64,000 nucleotides of DNA from a virus (taxonomy: Duplodnaviria > Caudoviricetes): positions 64,001 through 128,000 of IMG/VR virus record IMGVR_UViG_3300050156_000143; one strand, given 5' to 3'. A program made the translations under genes and the position numbers. Shown piece by piece: positions 57,593 through 64,000 of this stretch. The first letter of the stretch is position 1, and each line of letters begins with the position of its first letter. The notes under the pieces are model-generated. The model was not told the origin of the DNA and did no database searches. It was given only the letters and a program-made list of their open reading frames with translations.

Positions 57593-57808
57593 ATGAAAGA
57601 GTTTTATGTTGTGACCAATGGTCGTGGTGACTTTATTGGCGTTGATTCCGCTTCTGGCGGGTATCCCTATGAGTCCGCCCATCCATTCATTTTTCGTGAC
57701 CTGAATCACGCAACAGTGTACGCGGCTGATGTGAATCAGCCCGACAATCCTCGTTTCCCTCATGGCCCATATCAACCCTATCGTATGATGTTTGTGCCAG
57801 TAAACTAA
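57593..57808 (+). CDS. Hypothetical protein
   Basis: AAGGAG SD. Confidence 0.7.
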   Translation: MKEFYVVTNGRGDFIGVDSASGGYPYESAHPFIFRDLNHATVYAADVNQPDNPRFPHGPYQPYRMMFVPVN

Positions 57809-57827
57809 CTTCACAGGAATCTCGCCC

Positions 57828-58220
57828 ATGTCCACAAATTACTACCTAGAACACCGAACCCTGTTGCGAAAACGGTTGATATCACGGCTGCATATTGGCA
57901 AGTCAAGTGCCGGGTGGTGTTTTTCATTACAGGTTGAGCCACCTGATATCAACGGGTTAAACGATTGGCGAAAATTGTTTGCAGAATGTGGGATATTTTC
58001 TGGGAAACAGATTGTTGATGAGTATGGCAGAAAAGTGTCAGTTCAGGGCATGTTAGATGAAATACTGAATCGCCGTGGTAATAATGGGCAAATCAAAGAC
58101 CCGGTGAATGGCGGGTTTTACAAAAAGTACAATGGGGTCATTCGGCATCCCATTGATGGCGTTCATTGTGTTGGACACGGTGGCGGAACGTATGACTTAA
58201 TTTGCGGGGAATTTTCCTAA
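57828..58220 (+). CDS. Phage hypothetical protein
   Basis: MSTNYYL..LHIGKSSAGWCFSL motif; AGGA SD. Confidence 0.75.
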   Translation: MSTNYYLEHRTLLRKRLISRLHIGKSSAGWCFSLQVEPPDINGLNDWRKLFAECGIFSGKQIVDEYGRKVSVQGMLDEILNRRGNNGQIKDPVNGGFYKKYNGVIRHPIDGVHCVGHGGGTYDLICGEFS

Positions 58221-58251
58221 TCATGGATGAACACGAATTGGTCGCATTATT

Positions 58252-58719
58252 TTGGTCGCATTGTTGCGAGGATGGAATCGAGGGGATACCGTGATTTGCA
58301 CACGAGATGGGCCTGGGTACTCGTGTGGTGATGTTGGGGTCATTCGCTCATGCGGGGAACGATATGCGTTCGTTCATTTTAATGAACCACACCTCAGCAG
58401 TGAGTTTTCTTCACATAATGTTCTAATTCCCACATCCGCACTCCGACATTACTACGAGGCAGAGTATATGAACGAAAACGATGTCGCCAACTTGTTATTA
58501 CACGGTGTTCCGGTTGAGGTGGGAGAACGAGTGATCGCAATTAAAAGCACCTTTTCCTATCTAACTGGGTTTACGGGGGTTGTGACTTCAATTGGAGCGT
58601 CGGGGGAGGTGTTCGTCATAAAATTCGATCGTAAACATCATCGTTGGCTCAAAGGCCACCTCAGATTGACAGTCGCCGCGTGTATCGCAGACAATTTCAT
58701 CCGTGCATTCCAAGATTAG
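58252..58719 (+). CDS. Tandem SH3-like beta-barrel protein; 5' end disrupted by a 14-nt duplication
   Basis: GDTV..GDVGVI..AFVHF and GERV..GFTGVV..FVIKF repeats. Confidence 0.55.
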   Translation: MVALLRGWNRGDTVICTRDGPGYSCGDVGVIRSCGERYAFVHFNEPHLSSEFSSHNVLIPTSALRHYYEAEYMNENDVANLLLHGVPVEVGERVIAIKSTFSYLTGFTGVVTSIGASGEVFVIKFDRKHHRWLKGHLRLTVAACIADNFIRAFQD

Positions 58720-59693
58720 CGCCAACCTCTACCCAACTTGGTAGCAGCGTCTTGTAACAGTAGGTTCAATCTGGCTGGAGAAATCCTAGGGTCAATTTGG
58801 CCACCTTGTCGAACATACTTTTTCAAATCTGACAACACATTGAAGTGCAAGTCGTTGACCGTCTTACGGTCAACGTTTTCCAAGGCCTTGAATCTACCAC
58901 CCAACACAGTGTTTAATACCGCTATGTTTTGGAATTGCTCTGGGTATTGAACACTAGATTGGTTGATTTTGCTAATAGCCGATTTGCCCATTTTGGTCGG
59001 CACTTTGTTCCACGGCTCGACCCCACAAATAAACGTCAGGTAGTTTGATATTGGGATGGAACTAAGTTCCCTCATAAACGCAATCTCATCCGACGTTGCT
59101 TCCACCCTGTTGTCAAATTGGGCGACCACCGTGTACGCAGACGGTATCAGGCATATTCCCATCACTGGTATGTTGGCTGATATATTGCCACCATTGTCCA
59201 CCAAAATGTCCCCAAATTGTCTGAAAATTGCATTCAATGTTGCATTTGGGGTTTTCATCGATTGGCGGGAAAAACTATGCTGCTCAATTGCGGCCCGTGC
59301 AAACGAGTAGCATTGCGACGCAGTGATCATTGATCCATCGTATTCAAATCCCATATCTGCCATCACATCCTCAACTGCTGGTATAGTGATCTTACTCACA
59401 TCGATTTTCTTACCAGACAGTTTCAATATGTTAATGAATGGCATATCGTCGTGGGGTATGGTTGTTCCACGGGTTTTCAGTTTTTTGTAGTACGACGCTG
59501 GGTAATAGTACACGCCACTGATGTTCGTGTTAAGAGGTGATGGTCTGATGCCCACCTTGTTTATGGATGCCATAGTGACACCATAGTTTTTCATCTGGGA
59601 AGATGGAATCGTGCTCAAGAATTCCAACGCCGCAGCGTGACCGTTCTTTTTGACATTATGTTCGGGATTGCGCCGTAATTCGTGTAATCGCAT
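58716..59693 (-). CDS. Putative head-packaged ART-like protein (RRNP family, copy B)
   Basis: TAAATA (59698-59703) 4 nt before MRLHELRRNP; KNYGVTM..KVGIRP..GVYYYPASYY matches the 11718 gene. Confidence 0.7.
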   Translation of the reverse strand: MRLHELRRNPEHNVKKNGHAAALEFLSTIPSSQMKNYGVTMASINKVGIRPSPLNTNISGVYYYPASYYKKLKTRGTTIPHDDMPFINILKLSGKKIDVSKITIPAVEDVMADMGFEYDGSMITASQCYSFARAAIEQHSFSRQSMKTPNATLNAIFRQFGDILVDNGGNISANIPVMGICLIPSAYTVVAQFDNRVEATSDEIAFMRELSSIPISNYLTFICGVEPWNKVPTKMGKSAISKINQSSVQYPEQFQNIAVLNTVLGGRFKALENVDRKTVNDLHFNVLSDLKKYVRQGGQIDPRISPARLNLLLQDAATKLGRGWR

Positions 59694-59733
59694 CTTGTAT
59701 TTAGAATACAAGCGTTTTGTGCTAAACTATGGC

Positions 59734-60255
59734 ATGAGCGGATCAAAAAGTAAAATCAAAGGAAGTGGATTTGAGTTAAAAATCGCAAAAGATTTGTCAA
59801 CTCTATATTCAGCATCGTTCGTACGATGCACTTCAAGCGGCGCATATATCGGTGGGGCAAACATCTTTCGCAAAGATAAGCTCTCCACCAATCAAACTAA
59901 ATCATTCAAAGGCGACATTGTTCCGCCAGATGACTGGAAGTTTTTCAACGCTGAGTGCAAGTTTTATGCTGACTTTCGGTTCCATTTGCTGTTGACTGGT
60001 GAGCAAAAGGTGTTGGACGGGTGGATAGAACAGTCGAAAACGGTGGCCGACAAAAGTGATGTCAACATTGTGTTTATGAAATTCAACCGAATTGGCATGT
60101 ATGTTGCAGTTGAATCACATCCGTTGTGGAAATTTGATAATCAATGTGTATACAATTCTGCCAAACACGGTGTATGGCACGTGGTCTCATACGATGAGTT
60201 TTTTAAGAACAATAGTGCCCAATTGCGCCAACTGTGCGTTCAAGGTTTTACTTGA
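59734..60255 (+). CDS. Holliday junction resolvase-like PD-(D/E)XK nuclease
   Basis: KGSGFELKIAKDL, SGAYIGG, GDIVPP, NAECKFY. Confidence 0.8.
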   Translation: MSGSKSKIKGSGFELKIAKDLSTLYSASFVRCTSSGAYIGGANIFRKDKLSTNQTKSFKGDIVPPDDWKFFNAECKFYADFRFHLLLTGEQKVLDGWIEQSKTVADKSDVNIVFMKFNRIGMYVAVESHPLWKFDNQCVYNSAKHGVWHVVSYDEFFKNNSAQLRQLCVQGFT

Positions 60256-60297
60256 GTGGATAGCAAGGTCTTTGAAACAATGATGTGATTGTGGTGC

Positions 60298-60325
60298 TAC
60301 ACTGCATTCACTGCACTGAAGCAGA
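60298..60325 (+). promoter_or_regulatory. Early promoter (TGcTACACT) plus leader, copy 2
   Basis: 27/28 identical to 11630-11657 (minus). Confidence 0.65.
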
Positions 60326-60350
60326 ACAAATTTTCGGCAAAGGAAGAACC

Positions 60351-60632
60351 ATGAAATTCAATGACGTCCGTCCCGGTCAACACGTGCGTGTTTTCGTAAC
60401 CAAAGCCATTGCCAACCAAGGCTGGTTCAAGCGTGGCGACATTTCTGAACACACTAAACATTGTGCGTTCAGGGTGGTAAAAGTGACGAAAGCGGGCATG
60501 GTCATGGTGAAATCCACCATCAACCCGCGCATTTCTTACTCGGTTCCAGTAGATAATTTGGAATTGGTGGATACACATTGGTCGATCATGCGCAACACGA
60601 TGTACAATAGTGGTTCTATTTTAGGACTGTAA
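60351..60632 (+). CDS. Small SH3/KOW-like hypothetical protein
   Basis: AAGGA SD; VRPGQHVRV. Confidence 0.65.
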   Translation: MKFNDVRPGQHVRVFVTKAIANQGWFKRGDISEHTKHCAFRVVKVTKAGMVMVKSTINPRISYSVPVDNLELVDTHWSIMRNTMYNSGSILGL

Positions 60633-60778
60633 TGTACCCATCAATTTTGCTCCCCATCGTGTTCGTCAATGCGTGCCTGTGTCCCGCACTATGGCCTATC
60701 GTGGCAATGCACGTTTATCTCGACGCGGTGGATCGCGTTGTAGCCCCACGTAGCAAACAACTCCCTGTACTTCTTTGA
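60632..60778 (+). CDS. 48-aa hydrophobic protein missed by the ORF track
   Basis: TAATG overlap, AGGA SD; MYPSILLPIVFVNACLCPALWPIVAM. Confidence 0.5.
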   Translation: MYPSILLPIVFVNACLCPALWPIVAMHVYLDAVDRVVAPRSKQLPVLL

Positions 60779-60791
60779 AGGGAATCCCAAA

Positions 60792-61073
60792 ATGAATGCC
60801 CAGTTTGCCAGTCGTTCTGAATACGCAATGCACGTAGCAGAGCGGCAACGAATTGCCCGAGACCTGTGGACGGCAGAGGTTCAGCGCACGTATCCACATT
60901 ACTCAACTGGTGAAATCAACAAGCTGATTGATCTTGCGCTCAAGTTGGATGAGGATGGTGTTTATGCAAACTTCGATGCTTTGTCTGACAAGTTGGCTGG
61001 TATGATTGCCATACTGGACTCCATGACATCGGAACAGCGAACAGCGGTGTTTGAATTCGTGTCATCACTGTAA
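60792..61073 (+). CDS. Hypothetical protein
   Basis: ORF track; AAGGGA SD. Confidence 0.7.
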   Translation: MNAQFASRSEYAMHVAERQRIARDLWTAEVQRTYPHYSTGEINKLIDLALKLDEDGVYANFDALSDKLAGMIAILDSMTSEQRTAVFEFVSSL

Positions 61074-61188
61074 CCAACCCTTGCAGAATACTCACTAAAA
61101 AGTGAGTGATTTTTCAATTGGGAATATTTCTGTGTCACGAGTTATTGCGTGGCTGTGAAAGTTAATATCTCATTTTCGGAGAAAAACT

Positions 61189-61593
61189 GTGGAAAAAATT
61201 ATTGAGATCAACGATTACGAAGAAAAGGAAGGCTACGGCAGCGTGGCAGGATTTGAAGTTGTAACCAACAAGCAGAGCATCAAGCTCTTCATTGACAACA
61301 ACAGTCAGTGCTACGAGCGGTGGGGGCATTTCTGGTGTAACGACAACCCGCATGAATTCATTGGCGCGGAACTTCGTGGTGTGAGCCTGACCGACACGGC
61401 ACTGAACGAAGCGCAAATGAAAGCCAATGACCTGACCCCCCTCGACAAGTGGTTTGAAGGCGGTGTGATGTTCGTGAATCTGGAAACTAACAAGGGGACG
61501 CTGCAATTCGTAGCTTACAACGATCACAACGGCTACTACGGACACGAAGCGAAAGTTCAATGCACCCAGCTAACGCATACTGAATCACTGTGA
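61189..61593 (+). CDS. Phage hypothetical protein
   Basis: GGAG SD; SQCYERWG and VAYNDHNGYYGH motifs. Confidence 0.75.
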   Translation: MEKIIEINDYEEKEGYGSVAGFEVVTNKQSIKLFIDNNSQCYERWGHFWCNDNPHEFIGAELRGVSLTDTALNEAQMKANDLTPLDKWFEGGVMFVNLETNKGTLQFVAYNDHNGYYGHEAKVQCTQLTHTESL

Positions 61594-61664
61594 TGACTGA
61601 CGCGAACTAGCCCATACACTTGATCGCGGTCACCAGCAAGACAACGGCTTCACTACTGCAAGCG

Positions 61665-61695
61665 AAAATCCCCTACTAGCAACAGGGGATTTTTT
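61665..61695 (+). terminator. Intrinsic terminator
   Basis: AAAATCCCCT-loop-AGGGGATTTTTT. Confidence 0.75.
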
Positions 61696-61765
61696 ATGCC
61701 CGAAAATTATTGGTGGTATAGTTCACTCATCGATTCACAACATCCTGTCATTCAACGGCAACAAC

Positions 61766-62077
61766 ATGGCACACATCAAAGCATTCCACGGCACAACTGA
61801 ACTCGTCCGGTTTAGTATGTCGGTTACCGAATTCAAGAAAATGTTTCCTGGGGTGATGGGTTTAAATGCAGGCTGGTGGGGTGAGAAATGGGTTGGACGC
61901 ACCCCAGACGGTCATTTGCTCCCGGTAGAGAGATTGATCACCTACAAGTCTCAGCCATCCCGCCATGAATGCAACGCTAAATGTATGAACGGTAAAATCA
62001 ATGGCACATGTGAATGTAAATGTGGTGGAAAGAACCACGGCGCTGGAATGTTTACTAAATTGGTAACCAGTAAGTGA
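61766..62077 (+). CDS. Cys/His-rich putative zinc-binding protein
   Basis: HECNAKC..CECKCGGKNHG; TGgTATAGT upstream. Confidence 0.75.
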   Translation: MAHIKAFHGTTELVRFSMSVTEFKKMFPGVMGLNAGWWGEKWVGRTPDGHLLPVERLITYKSQPSRHECNAKCMNGKINGTCECKCGGKNHGAGMFTKLVTSK

Positions 62078-62087
62078 AAGCGATGCC

Positions 62088-62495
62088 ATGACCTTATCAG
62101 ATCACCCTTCTGTGGGGCCAGCTCACTCCCTGAGTAGTAACGCCCTCCGAACAATAAAAATCGGCAGCATGACCCGGTATTCAAAATCGGTTGGTCTCAG
62201 AATGGCCGACATCGAATTAACAGAGTTGTGGGGCGTGTCGTGCCACGTGGCAGATGGTGGAAACAACGGATACATCAACGAGTTTGCGCACTATCTCTCA
62301 AAGTTGCCCCATCATTATAACAGGTTACTGACAGAATTGCGCCAAGATGTGCTAGATGGGCGCCCACCATATTGCACAGTGGAATTATTTGGGCAAGAGC
62401 ACGACATGCACTGTCCACCAATTTGGTGGAACGCCCCAACGCTAGATCAACTACTTAAACTAGAATACATTCACGATTTTGGTAAAAACCCGTAG
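62088..62495 (+). CDS. Hypothetical protein
   Basis: ORF track. Confidence 0.6.
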   Translation: MTLSDHPSVGPAHSLSSNALRTIKIGSMTRYSKSVGLRMADIELTELWGVSCHVADGGNNGYINEFAHYLSKLPHHYNRLLTELRQDVLDGRPPYCTVELFGQEHDMHCPPIWWNAPTLDQLLKLEYIHDFGKNP

Positions 62496-62503
62496 GAGTC
62501 ACG

Positions 62504-62956
62504 ATGTTGCCACCCTTGTTTATTTTTGATTTAGACAGTACCCTAGCCGATTTGGATCATCGTCGTCCAATCTTGGAAACAACTTCCAGTACAAAATGGG
62601 ATGACTTTTATCGAGCATGTGCAGATGATCCACCCATCATGCAAGTCATCGCAACCTACAAACTGCTATTGCAAGCTGGTGCCGAATTGTGGATTTGGAC
62701 TGGACGGAGTGAAATTGTTCGTCACACCACCTTGGATTGGTTGCGCAAACACATTGGCGACCACGAATTCAACTTGATCATGCGTGATCACGGTGACTTC
62801 ACACCTGACGACATTTTGAAAAAACAATGGTTAGACAATATGCTAGTCGATGACAGACGACGTTTGGTCGCGGCGTTTGACGACCGAACCCGTGTGGTCA
62901 ACATGTGGCGCAACGCTGGAGTCCAGTGTTTTCAAGTTGCGCCTGGCGATTTTTAG
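62504..62956 (+). CDS. HAD-family phosphatase (T4 PNK 3'-phosphatase-like)
   Basis: IFDLDSTLA, WTGR, DDILK, FDDR..VVNMWR..GVQCFQV. Confidence 0.88.
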   Translation: MLPPLFIFDLDSTLADLDHRRPILETTSSTKWDDFYRACADDPPIMQVIATYKLLLQAGAELWIWTGRSEIVRHTTLDWLRKHIGDHEFNLIMRDHGDFTPDDILKKQWLDNMLVDDRRRLVAAFDDRTRVVNMWRNAGVQCFQVAPGDF

Positions 62957-62964
62957 AGGAGAGA

Positions 62965-63225
62965 ATGATGGAACAAAATTGGATCAAGATCACACCACAG
63001 GTGTTGGACGACCTTGAGCGAGGCAACATCGGCAACGATTTGTGGGTCGTCGTTGAAGGGGAAACCCGTCCGATTCACGCTCATTATGAGTGGCAACAAG
63101 GCCGTAATCCACATTCGTTTTGGTCAAGGGGCGATGGCTGGTGGGACGAAAAAGTGCTAGGCACCGTGACCCACATCATGTCGTATTATTGCCCGAAAAT
63201 GCCTGACCAGTCCACTCAGGTATGA
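62965..63225 (+). CDS. Hypothetical protein
   Basis: GAGGAG SD. Confidence 0.7.
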   Translation: MMEQNWIKITPQVLDDLERGNIGNDLWVVVEGETRPIHAHYEWQQGRNPHSFWSRGDGWWDEKVLGTVTHIMSYYCPKMPDQSTQV

Positions 63226-63292
63226 TGAACTTGGCGAAATTCTGAGCTATCATCCTCTCATCGACTCAATAACCCCCAAGCGAGAAAACATC

Positions 63293-63583
63293 ATGTTCAT
63301 GGCCCAAGTTGACATTATCACCAAAGAAATCACCAACATCAGCGGTGATCCACGTGATCCCATGTTCTTCAAATTGGTGGCCGCGTGCCAAAAATACGTG
63401 AAGAGCGAAGGTTTTGCCACTTTGATCAACACGGTGGATGTGACTGTGTTTAACAGTGTTGCAATCAACCCTGCCAGCTACATTATCACGCAAGGTGGGA
63501 TCACGTGGATTCAACTGTTCACTGACGAATTCTTCTACCGTGACGTAGCCGAATTCGTTCAGCAAGTCGGCGCAACCGTTTAA
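63293..63583 (+). CDS. Hypothetical protein
   Basis: ORF track. Confidence 0.65.
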   Translation: MFMAQVDIITKEITNISGDPRDPMFFKLVAACQKYVKSEGFATLINTVDVTVFNSVAINPASYIITQGGITWIQLFTDEFFYRDVAEFVQQVGATV

Positions 63584-63786
63584 CACATTTAGGAGGAATA
63601 TTGAGGAAACACTGTTGGTTTGGGTTTTGGTCGCTGCGGGAGGCCATTTTGGTGGCCAATTTGGGCCATATGCCGATTTGCCGAGCTGCAATCGCGTAAA
63701 GGATTCCGAGCCATTCAAACGATACAGCAGCCAATGTGTGCAGATATACATCCCCGTAACAGTCATTAAAAAGTGAAGGAACCAGT

Positions 63787-63939
63787 ATGAAATCACGGAT
63801 TCACATGAAGATTCGCCGCACAGTGCATTCTCCATCCCAGCAATATGCGGTGGGCGACAATCCCACCAGGGAAAAACGCAAACTGCACCGCATGGCGAAA
63901 AAACGTGAACGCATCTTGCTGAACACCATAGCAGAATAA
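63787..63939 (+). CDS. 50-aa basic protein missed by the ORF track
   Basis: AAGGA SD; stop abuts the terminator. Confidence 0.55.
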   Translation: MKSRIHMKIRRTVHSPSQQYAVGDNPTREKRKLHRMAKKRERILLNTIAE

Positions 63940-63941
63940 TC

Positions 63942-63967
63942 AAAAAGCCACCCTAGGGTGGCTTTTT
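63942..63967. terminator. Intrinsic terminator, perfect 26-bp palindrome identical to the 16015-16040 core
   Basis: AAAAAGCCACCCTAGGGTGGCTTTTT. Confidence 0.85.
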
Positions 63968-64000
63968 TCATTGCACTAACAGTCTCTTTATATTTTCAGG

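Noticed and set aside
63266-63943. 225-aa minus-strand ORF
   Set aside because: Antisense to three plus-strand small genes that have SDs; its start lies within the terminator.
1-64000. tRNA, rRNA, CRISPR array, IS element or stop-codon recoding
   Set aside because: No T-loop/CCA cloverleaf, regularly spaced repeats or transposase recognised by eye; conserved genes are full length under the standard code. tRNAscan-SE and a CRISPR finder would be decisive.

Overview
64-kb segment of a T4-superfamily-related jumbo myophage genome (standard code; host not determinable). No tRNA, rRNA, CRISPR array, integrase, transposase or reverse transcriptase was recognised. Left part, mostly minus strand: terminase large subunit running off the left edge, a degenerate terminase-ATPase paralog, thermonuclease, thyA/folA, a MoxR AAA+/VWA pair, arrays of small paralogous genes, an about 1.25-kb non-coding island (12.8-14.05 kb; origin-like half plus a late-promoter-driven, densely structured RNA candidate), an SGNH esterase, a broken ATP-grasp gene, a trimmed cysteinyl-tRNA synthetase and a NAMPT + NMNAT-Nudix NAD+ salvage pair. 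Middle, minus strand: tail fibre/baseplate module with a 4716-aa protein and gp6-, gp25-, gp5-, hub-, gp53- and gp48/54-like genes. Right, plus strand: gp55-like late sigma factor, gp47/gp46 recombination nuclease, Holliday-junction resolvase, HAD phosphatase and many small accessory genes. A TAAATA late-promoter motif sits 4-5 nt before the ATG of six genes. Four of these carry T4-like capsid-targeting leaders fused to ADP-ribosyltransferase-like domains. All product calls are from motif recognition by eye, and several starts were re-assigned relative to the ORF track.
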